A stretch of DNA of 64,000 nt from Abditibacterium sp. (GTDB taxonomy: Bacteria; Armatimonadota; Abditibacteriia; Abditibacteriales; Abditibacteriaceae), in the NCBI GenBank assembly GCA_965199495.1, contig CBDASK010000003.1:2976001-3040000 (forward strand). The letters run 5' to 3'. Below are positions 1 to 9,166 of the stretch, piece by piece. The position numbers were made by a program, and so were the translations under genes. Positions within the stretch are counted from its first letter, which is position 1. Each line of letters begins with the position of its first letter. Below the pieces are notes generated by a model. It ran no database searches. It was not told the origin of the DNA and saw only the letters and a list, made by a program, of their open reading frames with translations.

Positions 1-961
1 GCGAATAGGGCGTGCTTTTCCAGTCTTCGCTTTGACCATAGAGCGCACGCAAATAGGTGTCGGAAGTCGAAACCGGCACGTCAATTGAAAGATCGTTGAT
101 GTTGGCGTAAGCGAACGCTTCGCTGCCCGAAACCGTGCCGTTGCGGTCGTAATCGGCGCCGCTAATGGTGCGGCCATCGCGCGAAACTCCTGATAGCGCG
201 GCAAAGAAATGCGTGGTGAAATCCTGATAATCGCGCTCGTTGACTTCGGACGTACAACCCGCCGCCATGCGCTGGCCCGTCGAAGAGAAAAAACCCGCGA
301 TGTCGCGATTTAAGAGTGGTTTCGTCGGGTCGCCGTCCTGAAAAATTAGGTTGGCGAAACCGCCCGAATGGCACTGCACCGCCACCACAAAAAGCGGATT
401 ATTCGCGGGCCAATTCGCGATAGCGCTGCCGACTTCGCGCTCGGAAATGTCGTCGTCGCCCCACAGCGCGTAAGTCGTGTTGTTGTAGTCGGGCCGATAT
501 TGGCTGCCGCCCGGCGAGCCGTGACCGGTGAAATAGAGCAAACCGGTTTCGTTCGCTGCGGGCTGGGCGAACGCCTTTAAAACGTTGATAACCGCCGGTT
601 TCGTCGAAGCGCCGTCAATGCGTTTGAGCGCCGAGGCTTGCGCGGTCACGCGGTCGCCGGGCAAATCTTCGTCTAAAACGACGGCCAACGCGCGCGCGGT
701 TTGCGTGGCGGGCGTGCTGACGATTGCCGAAATCGTGCGCGAATTCGGTTTGCCATCGGCGAAATAGATGCGCCGCCAACTCGATTTTTCGGTCAGCTTT
801 TCCAGATAGCGCGCGTTGCTTTCGATGGCGTACTGGTTATATTCCATGTCCGGGCCGCCGCTGATAATCAGCGTGCGTAACAGCGCTTTGGGCGTCGCGG
901 TTTGCGCGTGCGCGGCGCCGCAAATCAGCAAACCGAGCGCGAAAATTGAAAGCGATTTCAT
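1..961 (-). CDS. Secreted clan CD (caspase/legumain C13-like) cysteine peptidase; 3' end runs off the window
   Basis: Absent from the ORF track because no stop lies in the window. Hand translation from ATG at 961 gives MKSLSIFALGLLICGAAHAQ (signal peptide), LLYFTGHGS, VAVQCHSGGF (His-Gly/Cys dyad spacing typical of clan CD) and DYDRNGTVSGSE (EF-hand-like). Confidence 0.75.
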   Translation of the reverse strand, partial: MKSLSIFALGLLICGAAHAQTATPKALLRTLIISGGPDMEYNQYAIESNARYLEKLTEKSSWRRIYFADGKPNSRTISAIVSTPATQTARALAVVLDEDLPGDRVTAQASALKRIDGASTKPAVINVLKAFAQPAANETGLLYFTGHGSPGGSQYRPDYNNTTYALWGDDDISEREVGSAIANWPANNPLFVVAVQCHSGGFANLIFQDGDPTKPLLNRDIAGFFSSTGQRMAAGCTSEVNERDYQDFTTHFFAALSGVSRDGRTISGADYDRNGTVSGSEAFAYANINDLSIDVPVSTSDTYLRALYGQSEDWKSTPYS

Positions 962-980
962 AGTTTTTAAATGGACGTTT

Positions 981-1138
981 TTAGCCACAGAGTTCACGGA
1001 GAACGCACAGAGGGGCGCAGAGAAGAAAAAAGAACTTAAAATAGCGAAGAACTGATTTTTTGTAATTTTGCGTTTACAAACTATTTTCTTTTCCTCCCCT
1101 GCGCCCCTCTGTGCGTTCTCCGTGAACTCTGTGGCTAA
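981..1138. repeat. Palindromic element, 40-bp perfect inverted repeat (CACAGAG-type)
   Basis: TTAGCCACAGAGTTCACGGAGAACGCACAGAGGGGCGCAG at 981-1020 and its exact reverse complement at 1099-1138 around an AT-rich spacer; the right arm contains the P450 stop codon. Confidence 0.9.
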
Positions 1139-2487
1139 TTTTGCAAAACTCGCCGCGTCATCCACAAGCCACCGCGCGGGCGCAGGGCCAGCGACGGGTG
1201 CATTTCTAACTTTTCTGCGGGCGCGAGTTCCAGCCGAAAGCGCGACGCGATGACCGAAAGCGCGATTTGGCCTTCCATCAACGCGAAACTCTGGCCGATG
1301 CACAATCGTGGCCCGCCGCCAAACGGATAATAAGCAAACTTTGGACGCTTTTGAACGGCGTCGGGTGCGAATCTTTGCGGCTCAAATTTTTCTGGTTCGG
1401 GCCAAAATTCCGGGTGCCGTTGCGTCAAAAACGGCAACACCACCACATCGCCGCCCGATTTGATCGGGTAGCCGCCCACGCAATCGTCCTCTCTGGCGGT
1501 GCGCGCCAACGCCCAGATCGGCGGATACAAGCGTAGCGATTCCTCGAAAACCATGCGCGCATAGGGCAATCGCGCCAAATCGTCGAACGTCGGCAAACGC
1601 CCGTTCAGCGTCGCGGCTTCAAGTTCCAGTTGCGCGCGCGCGTCGGGATTGCGCGCCAAAAGCGAAAATCCCCACGCCAACGCGTCGGCGCTGGTTTCGT
1701 GGCCAGCGACCAAAAGCGTTATCACTTCGTCGGCCAATTGTCGGTCGCTCATCGGTTCGCCGGTTTCCTCGTCGCGCGCGTCAATGAGGAGTTGCAGCAA
1801 GTCGTCGCCCTCGCCGTGGCTGCTGTTGCGCCGCGTGCGGGCGATGCCGATAATCCAATCGTCTAATCGGGCTTTGACCGCTAAAAATCGGCGGTTGCGC
1901 CGCGTCGGAACGTTTTCCGGCAGCGACAACGGATTGAATCGGTGTTCGACGTGCAGCATCGCCGCGTTCATCAAATGATGAAACTCGACGGCGCGCGCGC
2001 CGTGCAAGTCGGCGCCAAACAGCGCGCGCCCAGCGATTTGCAGCGCCAACTGCATCATTTCAGCAGCCACGTCGAACGGCTCGTCGGTCGGATGACGCGC
2101 CCAACGCTCGCACATTTCGTTTACGGTCTGGCTCATGAGCGGCGCCAAATCGGCGATGCGTGCGCGATGAAACGCCGGTTGCGCCAATCGCCGTTGTTTC
2201 AGCCACAAATCGCCCTCAGCGGTGAACAAACCTTGGCCGGTGAAAACCGACAAACGTTTGTAGAAAAATCCTTTGGGATAGTTCGTCCAATTGCCTTGCA
2301 AAACGCGCTCGGCGGCATCGGGCGCTACGCACAGCGTCAGATAATGTTCGCCGTGCCAGTGAACTCGCACGATGTCGCCGTGCTGGCGCCAGAACCGTTG
2401 ATAAAACCCCAACGGATCGCGCGCGGCGGCGCGCAGGTGACGCAGCAGAAAATAGCGCGGCGGCCCGGGCGCGTGCAGATCGGTCAT
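1135..2487 (-). CDS. Cytochrome P450
   Basis: AGHETS I-helix, EESLR (ExxR) and PFGGGPRLCIG heme-binding motifs. Confidence 0.97.
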   Translation of the reverse strand: MTDLHAPGPPRYFLLRHLRAAARDPLGFYQRFWRQHGDIVRVHWHGEHYLTLCVAPDAAERVLQGNWTNYPKGFFYKRLSVFTGQGLFTAEGDLWLKQRRLAQPAFHRARIADLAPLMSQTVNEMCERWARHPTDEPFDVAAEMMQLALQIAGRALFGADLHGARAVEFHHLMNAAMLHVEHRFNPLSLPENVPTRRNRRFLAVKARLDDWIIGIARTRRNSSHGEGDDLLQLLIDARDEETGEPMSDRQLADEVITLLVAGHETSADALAWGFSLLARNPDARAQLELEAATLNGRLPTFDDLARLPYARMVFEESLRLYPPIWALARTAREDDCVGGYPIKSGGDVVVLPFLTQRHPEFWPEPEKFEPQRFAPDAVQKRPKFAYYPFGGGPRLCIGQSFALMEGQIALSVIASRFRLELAPAEKLEMHPSLALRPRGGLWMTRRVLQN

Positions 2488-2502
2488 AGAGAAAGGATAA
2501 TG

Positions 2503-2692
2503 CGGATTTCGGATTTGGCGCGATTGTCATTTCGAGAGGCACGAACCGAGAAATCTTGCGACCCCGCGCCAGCGGAAATCATGCGCGATGCCTGAACGTA
2601 ATAAGCGCTTGAACTTGCGCTGCCGCGCGGGCGACAGATTTCTCGGTTCGTGCCTCACTCGAAATGACACACCGCGCCAAATCCGAAATCTG
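2503..2692. repeat. Palindromic element, TGTCATTTCGAG...GAGAAATCT family, copy 1, with CGGATTT heptamer outer arms
   Basis: Imperfect long inverted repeat whose core and spacer are homologous, in inverted orientation, to 57119-57314. Confidence 0.85.
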
Positions 2693-2747
2693 TAATCCGA
2701 AACATTTGGCAAAGGCAGTGTTAAAGTATGGGCAAATCTGATTTTCC

Positions 2748-3509
2748 ATGACTTCCGCTTCCCAATTAATTCGCCTGCTCGAAGACAACTCTCTGCCGAT
2801 TTTGACCGAGGCGATGGCCGATGTGCGTGCGCACGGCGCGCCCTCGCTGGCGCAGGTCTCCGACGGCGATTTGCAAATCGCGCTTTATACGGTTTTGCTG
2901 AAAATCGTGGATACGCTGCGCGAAAAGGCGAGTCTGCCCGTTGAGGATAAGGCCGACTCGCGCTCAGTTTTCGTCAACGCGGTGCGCGATATGATGGATA
3001 TCGTGGACGGGCAAAGCACCTATACTGCCGGTCATACGCGCGCGGTCGTGCGCCATGTGGTGCAAATGGGCGCGCTCGCCGGGCTGGAAGATGACGAAAT
3101 TAACGAGCTGGAAACGGCGGCCACGGTTCACAACATCGGCATGATTAATCAAAATCCCAAATTGGTTCTGCTGCCGCGTTCGCTGACCGAAAACGAGTTG
3201 AAACTGGCGCGCAATCACACCGTTGTGGGCGCCGAAATGCTGCGCCCCATTGAATTTATGGCTCATCTGGTGCCCGTTGTGCGCTATCATCACAATCGCT
3301 TCGACGGGCAGGGCAGCGCCAACTTCAAAGGCGAAGACTTGCCGCTTGGCGCGCGCCTAATTCATCTGGCCGACGCCTATCAGGCGATGCTGGAGCCACG
3401 CGCCTATCGTCCGGCCCTGACGCGCAAACAGGCGCTCATCGAAATAGACAAAGACTCTGGCGGCGAGTTCGATCCGCAATTGGTGCCGCTGGTGCGCGAA
3501 CTGGGTTGA
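2748..3509 (+). CDS. HD-GYP domain protein with degenerate motifs
   Basis: YTAGHT, HTVVGAEML, YHH.RFDG and RAYRPAL match the HD-GYP fold, but HD reads HN (VHNIG) and GYP reads GSA. Confidence 0.85.
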   Translation: MTSASQLIRLLEDNSLPILTEAMADVRAHGAPSLAQVSDGDLQIALYTVLLKIVDTLREKASLPVEDKADSRSVFVNAVRDMMDIVDGQSTYTAGHTRAVVRHVVQMGALAGLEDDEINELETAATVHNIGMINQNPKLVLLPRSLTENELKLARNHTVVGAEMLRPIEFMAHLVPVVRYHHNRFDGQGSANFKGEDLPLGARLIHLADAYQAMLEPRAYRPALTRKQALIEIDKDSGGEFDPQLVPLVRELG

Positions 3510-3597
3510 AAGCGGCGCGGAAATGCCAAGCGGTTTAAACTGGCAACGCCGCTCAACGAACCGACGCGCGATTGGAACTGCGCCCGGCGCCCTGAAT

Positions 3598-4140
3598 ATG
3601 AATAAATCTTCCACCTCTGCGCAGCCTGCGGACGAAAACGCCGGAGACGCCGCGCTCGATATGCTGAGCGATTCCGCGCCTGCAACAGAGCCACCCGCCA
3701 AACCCGCCGAAACCAAACCCGTCGCCGTGGCTGCTCCCGCCGCCGATGCGCCGCCAGTCGTCACCCAATTGGAAGTGGCCTGTCAAGGTTTGCAGATGCC
3801 CTCGGAAACCGACGCGCCGTTTCGCACGGTTTACTGGCCCTTAGAAAAATCCGACATCAAACCGTCCGAAGTCGCGTTGTATCTCACCGAAAACGCCGAT
3901 GCGACCGTCAAAACGCAGAGCATCAGCGAGTTTTTCAAAAACGCCGTTACGGTCGAAGATTGGATGAGCGACGACGAAAAAGCCGACGCCAAAAAGATGA
4001 GCGAGTTAGTCGAAGCTTTGAGCGCCGATTTGGAAAACCCGCGCGTTTATCTCATCGGCGAACGCGAAATCACCGCCGCGATTATCGGCAAAGTCCAAGG
4101 CGGTTTCGCGGGCGTGGTCACAACGATTGTTGAGACTTAG
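3598..4140 (+). CDS. nuiA: Nuclease A inhibitor (NuiA) family protein
   Basis: LEVACQGLQMPSETDAPF and the C-terminal VYLIGEREI...GVVTTIVET resemble NuiA; convergent with a NucA-type nuclease. Start could also be 3661. Confidence 0.8.
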   Translation: MNKSSTSAQPADENAGDAALDMLSDSAPATEPPAKPAETKPVAVAAPAADAPPVVTQLEVACQGLQMPSETDAPFRTVYWPLEKSDIKPSEVALYLTENADATVKTQSISEFFKNAVTVEDWMSDDEKADAKKMSELVEALSADLENPRVYLIGEREITAAIIGKVQGGFAGVVTTIVET

Positions 4141-4151
4141 AAAATTCCAAA

Positions 4152-4190
4152 AACGAAAAAGGCGCACCGCGAAGGTGCGCCTTTTTCGTT
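4152..4190. terminator. Bidirectional intrinsic terminator
   Basis: AAAAAGGCGCACC-GCGAA-GGTGCGCCTTTTT hairpin between convergent genes. Confidence 0.8.
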
Positions 4191-4201
4191 TTCAAATATT
4201 C

Positions 4202-5095
4202 CTAATTCCCCTCGTCTTTTTTCGCCGCAAGCGCCTGTCGCACATCGCCCGGCAAAGCCGCGAAGAAATTCATTTTCATCGCGCCGCTTTTCGCGAGGGC
4301 GTCGCTTAATTTTTGCGTGGTGACGAGGTATTGTTTCCAATCGCTATCGGCCAACTTTTTCTCGGCGACGTTTGGCATCGCGACCGTAATCACGCGCGTT
4401 TGCGCATTGATACGCTTCAAATCGCTTTTGCCTTCAGGCAAAATCAGCGCGACTTTCCAGCATATCTTCGGGACGACGACTTTGCCGTTCGCGATGGTGC
4501 CCGCCTGACCCGAACCGCCCGCGACGACATAAATCTCGTTGCCCTGGCGCACAATTGTGCGCAACGCGTTCTCGAAATCGGCCCACACTTCGCGGTTCAA
4601 TTCGGCGGTTTGCGGCAGCATATTCGACATATAAAACGTGGCGTCATTGTCTTCGCGCGAATTGGTGCGGTCGCCCGATGGGCAGACGTGTCCACGATCA
4701 TAGCCCGAACCGCGGTAATCATTGGGCGTGATCTGCCAGTCTTTGGGCAAATCGGGGTCGGGACGGAAATTGCCACGATCCGTGCCACCCAAATCCTGTG
4801 CGTCAATGTGCCACGCCACCCAGTTAGAGCCACCGCGCGAACGGTTGAAACTCATGGTGTATTGCGGGCGCGCCAACAAAAAATTATCCGCGTCTTTGCC
4901 CGCCCCCGTCGGATTGCCCAACAACAAATTGCCGTCGTTGGAATCTTTCCCATTCGACGGATTGGACTGATTCGATTGTTTTGTCGGCTGAGTTGGCCTC
5001 TTCGTCGAAGGCGAGGGCACGGTGCCCTGCTTGCAACCGGCGAGGGCGCCGAAACACGCGATGACTGGAACAAGAAAAAGTGTGCGATAGCGCAT
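4202..5095 (-). CDS. nucA: DNA/RNA non-specific endonuclease (NucA/Serratia type), lipoprotein
   Basis: Lipobox LAGC, DRGH active-site motif, TFYMSNMLPQ..LN..W. Confidence 0.93.
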   Translation of the reverse strand: MRYRTLFLVPVIACFGALAGCKQGTVPSPSTKRPTQPTKQSNQSNPSNGKDSNDGNLLLGNPTGAGKDADNFLLARPQYTMSFNRSRGGSNWVAWHIDAQDLGGTDRGNFRPDPDLPKDWQITPNDYRGSGYDRGHVCPSGDRTNSREDNDATFYMSNMLPQTAELNREVWADFENALRTIVRQGNEIYVVAGGSGQAGTIANGKVVVPKICWKVALILPEGKSDLKRINAQTRVITVAMPNVAEKKLADSDWKQYLVTTQKLSDALAKSGAMKMNFFAALPGDVRQALAAKKDEGN

Positions 5096-5117
5096 AATGT
5101 AAAAAGGGCTTGTTACC

Positions 5118-5212
5118 GTAGAGACGCCGATTTATCGCGTCTAAAACGTGAAAATTGCCTCGGCGTTGAACTATGCCCGACGTTTTTAGACGCGATAAAT
5201 CGGCGTCTCTAC
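5118..5212. repeat. GTAG-type REP doublet (REPIN), copy 1
   Basis: GTAGAGACGCCGATTTATCGCGTCTAAAA and its inverted copy ending in CTAC. Confidence 0.9.
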
Positions 5213-5233
5213 AGAGGGTTGGAAAACCAAAAA

Positions 5234-6727
5234 TCAGTTCGCCAACTTAATCGAAATCGCCGTGACCGAGGCGGGCGGGAACGCCAAAGTCAAACTGTCG
5301 CCTTCGGCTTTAACCTCAATGGTTTCGGGCTGTAATGTGTCGGGGTCTTCAAAAGTATTGCACGCGCTCAGCGCCGGGGCGCTCATCTGGCGCGCGGTCA
5401 CGCTTTCGATTGTCAGGGACGGCAAAGCAATCGTCGCCTCGACCGGACTGCGCGCGCCGGTATTGACGACCGTGAGCGTCACTACGCCATTATGAATCGA
5501 GGCGCTGCCGCTCAGGCGCGGCAAACCGCCCGCCTCGCCGCTTTCCCACTGCGACTGCAACAAACGCCCGCCGCGATGGCCGCGATACAAATCGAAAACG
5601 TGATACGTCGGCGTTTTGATGGTTTGGTCGCCGCGCGTTTGCAGCAGACTTTGCAACACGTTGACGGTTTGCGCCAGCGTGGCTGCGGCCAATTTCTCCG
5701 ATTTTTCGTGGAACAGATCGAGCGTCATCGCCGCCGAAATCGCGTCGCGCAGCGTGTTCGATTGGTAAAGCAACGGCACGTCGTCGGATTCGGGCGCGTG
5801 CCAGATGCCCCATTCGCCCAGAATGAGTTGCGCGTCGCGACCGATGGGCGAGGCGTCCAAAATCGCGCGTTGCTCGTCAATTAAGTCGCCGATTTTCAGA
5901 CTTTCCTGCAACAATCCGTAATACTCGTCGAGCGTGAACTCGGTCGCAGAACCGAAATTGTTGCCCGTATTCCAGGTATAAAAATGCGCGTCCCAGCCGT
6001 CCAGACGCGGGCGGCGCGCGCTTTCGAGTTCCGCCAAAAACTCGCGCGTCCAACGCGCGGCTGCGGGCTGTTTGTTGCCGTCGGGGCCGCAACCGATGAG
6101 AAGCGGTTGCTGATTTTGGTAGCGCGGAAAATTGCTCTCGAAACGGCGATATTCGCGCGCGTAATCGGCGGCGGAGAACTTGCCGCCGCAATCCCAATTC
6201 TCGTTACCGATGCCCCAGAACTTCACGTCGAACGGCTTGGCGTCACCGTTTTTGGCACGCGCGTCGGACAAAGTGGTGCCGCCGGGAAAATTGCAATACT
6301 CGACCCAGTGCGCCATCTCGCGCGGTGAACCTGAACCGACGTTGGCGGCCAGCCACGGCTCGGCGCCGATTTCGCGGCACAAATCCATGAACTCGTGCGT
6401 GCCAAAGGCGTTGGTCTCGATTTCGTCGGCGCCCCAGCGCGAAGTCACGCGCGTCGGACGAGCTTCGCGCGGGCCGACGCCATCGCGCCAGTTGTAGGCA
6501 TCGGCGAAGCAGCCACCGGGCCAGCGCAGAACCGGCGGCGCCAATTCGCGTAGCGCGTCTAAGACGCCCGCGCGCAGACCGCGCTCGTTGGCAATTTCGG
6601 ATTCGGGGCCGACCCACAGGCCATCATAAACTAAGCTGCCCAGGTGTTCGATAAAGTGACCGTGCAAAAAAGGCGAAATCGAAGGGCCGGGTTCGCGCGC
6701 CATAACCGTGATCGTTGCGGAAAGCAT
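5234..6727 (-). CDS. Alpha-L-arabinofuranosidase, GH51
   Basis: GHFIEHLG, LRWPGGCFAD, WGIGNENW, EWGIW and AQTVNVLQ motifs. Confidence 0.93.
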   Translation of the reverse strand: MLSATITVMAREPGPSISPFLHGHFIEHLGSLVYDGLWVGPESEIANERGLRAGVLDALRELAPPVLRWPGGCFADAYNWRDGVGPREARPTRVTSRWGADEIETNAFGTHEFMDLCREIGAEPWLAANVGSGSPREMAHWVEYCNFPGGTTLSDARAKNGDAKPFDVKFWGIGNENWDCGGKFSAADYAREYRRFESNFPRYQNQQPLLIGCGPDGNKQPAAARWTREFLAELESARRPRLDGWDAHFYTWNTGNNFGSATEFTLDEYYGLLQESLKIGDLIDEQRAILDASPIGRDAQLILGEWGIWHAPESDDVPLLYQSNTLRDAISAAMTLDLFHEKSEKLAAATLAQTVNVLQSLLQTRGDQTIKTPTYHVFDLYRGHRGGRLLQSQWESGEAGGLPRLSGSASIHNGVVTLTVVNTGARSPVEATIALPSLTIESVTARQMSAPALSACNTFEDPDTLQPETIEVKAEGDSLTLAFPPASVTAISIKLAN

Positions 6728-6817
6728 CGCGCCCCAGTATGGATGATTTTGGCGCATTATGTCGCGATGAAGCGGGCGAGCGTATTCTACAAATGTATGT
6801 TTTGATTATAAAAAACA

Positions 6818-6967
6818 GGACTTACACATTCGGCAGGAACGCTGTGAACCGCGCGCGTCAGCAAGCGGGCCATAACGCCTTCGACAACGTGAAACTGTAG
6901 CTCCTCTTGCAACGGCCCGCTTGCTGACGCGCGCGGTTCACAGCGTTCCTGCCGAATGTGTAAGTCC
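6818..6967. repeat. Palindromic element, 54-bp perfect inverted repeat
   Basis: 6818-6871 (GGACTTACACATTCGGCAGGAACGCTGTGAACCGCGCGCGTCAGCAAGCGGGCC) is the exact reverse complement of 6914-6967. Confidence 0.9.
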
Positions 6968-7002
6968 AAAAAACTTGCGCGGCGCGTTTCAACTCAAATT
7001 CC

Positions 7003-7842
7003 ATGACCAACCAACAATGGCAACTCGCCGCGCGCGCCCGCTTGCAAAACGCCGATCACGAAGAAGCCCACTCGACCGCGCGCCTGTTGCTCGATTGGGC
7101 GACGCAGAAAAAACACGCCGCCCTCACATCACCCGACGAAATTTTGGACGCCGAAACTCTGGCGAAATTGGAAAGCGCGCTACAAAAATTAGAAGCGCGC
7201 GTGCCGCTTCCGCATATCACCGGGCGCGCCAATTTTTACGGTTTGGAATTTGAAGTTTCGCCCGCGACCTTAATTCCGCGCCCCGAAACCGAGTTTTTGG
7301 TCGAAGCCGTGTTGTCTCGCTTGCCGCTCGATGCGCGAGTCGCCGATTTGGGCACGGGGAGCGGTGCTATCGCTATTACAATCGCGAAAATGCGGCCCGA
7401 TTGCCAGTTGTGGGCGACCGATATTTCGTCCGATGCGCTCGAAGTCGCGCGTCGCAACGCGACGTGGCTGCATGCGCCGGTGACGTTCTTGGCGGGCACG
7501 CCCGATTGGTTGATGCCGCTACAAACCTTGGCGCCGCTCGATGCGATTGTTTCCAATCCGCCTTATATTGCCGCCGCCGACCTTGAGAATTTACAAAGCG
7601 AAGTGCGCCTTTACGAACCGCGCGGCGCTCTCGACGGCGGAGTTGACGGCCTCGATTCCTACCGAATTTTCGCTGCCAACGCGCGCGATTTGTTGGCGAA
7701 AAACGGATTTTGCGCGCTGGAATTGGGCGACAATCAGTGGCAAAGCGTGCATCAATTATTCGTGGCAAATGGTTGGTCTGTCGAATCGGCGGTTTATGAT
7801 TTGCAAAACATCCCGCGCGTTTTGGTGGTGCGCCGCGCGTGA
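7003..7842 (+). CDS. prmC: Release factor glutamine N5-methyltransferase
   Basis: TLIPRPETE, DLGTGSG, SNPPY and EPRGALDGG motifs. Confidence 0.95.
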   Translation: MTNQQWQLAARARLQNADHEEAHSTARLLLDWATQKKHAALTSPDEILDAETLAKLESALQKLEARVPLPHITGRANFYGLEFEVSPATLIPRPETEFLVEAVLSRLPLDARVADLGTGSGAIAITIAKMRPDCQLWATDISSDALEVARRNATWLHAPVTFLAGTPDWLMPLQTLAPLDAIVSNPPYIAAADLENLQSEVRLYEPRGALDGGVDGLDSYRIFAANARDLLAKNGFCALELGDNQWQSVHQLFVANGWSVESAVYDLQNIPRVLVVRRA

Positions 7843-7881
7843 GATCGCGCGTCTGCGCCCCAATGAACCCCAAAAAATATC

Positions 7882-8385
7882 ATGAAAAAATACGATTCCG
7901 CTCCGCCGATGACCATTGATCCGGCCAAGACTTACACCGCGACTATCGAGACCAATCAGGGCACCATGACCGCCGAACTCTTCCCCGAAGACGCGCCGAT
8001 GACTGTGAATAACTTCGTTTTTCTGGCCAACGACGGCTTTTACGACGGCACGATTTTTCATCGCGTCATTCCCGGCTTTATGATTCAGGGCGGCGATCCA
8101 ACCGGCACCGGAAGCGGCGGCCCCGGCTATAAATTCAACAACGAGCCGGTCAAACGCCCTTACAATCGCGGCACTCTGGCGATGGCTAACGCTGGACGTA
8201 ACACCAACGGCTCGCAGTTCTTCATTATGCACGCCGATTATCCCCTACCTCCCGATTACACGATTTTCGGCAAGCTCACGTCGGGCGAAGACGTGTTGGA
8301 TAAAATCGCGAGCACCAAAACCGGCGCGCAAGACCGTCCGCGCGAAGAGCAGAAGATGATTAAAGTTACGGTCAAAGAATCGTAG
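7882..8385 (+). CDS. Cyclophilin-type peptidyl-prolyl isomerase
   Basis: FHRVIPGFMIQGGDP and MANAGRNTNGSQFFI motifs. Confidence 0.97.
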   Translation: MKKYDSAPPMTIDPAKTYTATIETNQGTMTAELFPEDAPMTVNNFVFLANDGFYDGTIFHRVIPGFMIQGGDPTGTGSGGPGYKFNNEPVKRPYNRGTLAMANAGRNTNGSQFFIMHADYPLPPDYTIFGKLTSGEDVLDKIASTKTGAQDRPREEQKMIKVTVKES

Positions 8386-8395
8386 CATGGCTTTT

Positions 8396-8447
8396 GTAGC
8401 GACGCCGATTTACCACGTTTTAAGACGCGATAAATCGGCGTCTCTAC
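8396..8447. repeat. GTAG-type REP doublet, copy 2 (spacer collapsed)
   Basis: Degenerate left arm plus intact AGACGCGATAAATCGGCGTCTCTAC. Confidence 0.8.
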
Positions 8448-8455
8448 GTTTCAAA

Positions 8456-9064
8456 ATGAATCCCGAACTCGAACGTTGGACACGCAATTTCGCCGAAAGC
8501 GAATACTTTTATGGTCACGATCCCGGCCCCGTGTCTCGTCGCGCGGTGCGTTATCATCGTCCGTTAGTGAGAAAAAACCAAACCGCCAATGCGCTGGATG
8601 TCGGTTGCGGCGAAGGCCAAGATTTGCTTTTTCTGGCGCAACAGGATTACGACGCGACAGGTTTAGATTTTACGCAAACCGGTATCGCCAAAGCGCGCGC
8701 GATTGTGGAAGACAACGGGCAGCGCGCGAATTTGGTTCAGGCTGATATTCTCGATTGGACGAGCGACGCGCAATTTGATTTGGTTTTGGCCGTCAACTGC
8801 TTGCAATTTCTTGGAAGTGACGCTCCGCGTGCGCTCAACCGCGTTAAAGAATTGGTAAAACCCGGCGGCGTCATTGGCCTTTCGATGTTCGCGCGCGACG
8901 ATGCAGCCACGCCGCCCGTTGACGAGACAATTTATCGTTGGACTTTGGACGAACTTCAACTGAACTTTAGCGGCTGGCAACCGTTAGAAGCCGCGCGTTT
9001 GTGGCAGTGGAACGGCGAAAGTCCACAACCCTTCGTTACCTTAATCGCGCGAGCGCCTTTTTAA
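8456..9064 (+). CDS. Class I SAM-dependent methyltransferase
   Basis: LDVGCGEG motif I; the upstream ATG at 8387 is rejected because that extension translates the REP. Confidence 0.88.
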   Translation: MNPELERWTRNFAESEYFYGHDPGPVSRRAVRYHRPLVRKNQTANALDVGCGEGQDLLFLAQQDYDATGLDFTQTGIAKARAIVEDNGQRANLVQADILDWTSDAQFDLVLAVNCLQFLGSDAPRALNRVKELVKPGGVIGLSMFARDDAATPPVDETIYRWTLDELQLNFSGWQPLEAARLWQWNGESPQPFVTLIARAPF

Positions 9065-9158
9065 AGGGGCAAGGGACAAGTGGCAGGGAACAAGGTGAAA
9101 ATGTCAAATTTGCATGATAGCGAAATTCTTGTCCCTTGTTTCCTGCCACTTGCCCCTT
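9064..9158. repeat. Inverted heptamer-array element (AGGGGCA/AGGGACA/AGTGGCA units)
   Basis: Tandem degenerate 7-mers at 9064-9095 mirrored at 9128-9158. Confidence 0.7.
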
Positions 9159-9166
9159 AGAAACCC

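Noticed and set aside
6787..7253. Short ORFs sharing LLTRAVHSVPAECVSP on both strands
   Set aside because: Artefact of the 54-bp perfect inverted repeat.
8387..8455. N-terminal extension of the methyltransferase given by the ORF track
   Set aside because: It translates a REP element; ATG 8456 is the more plausible start.
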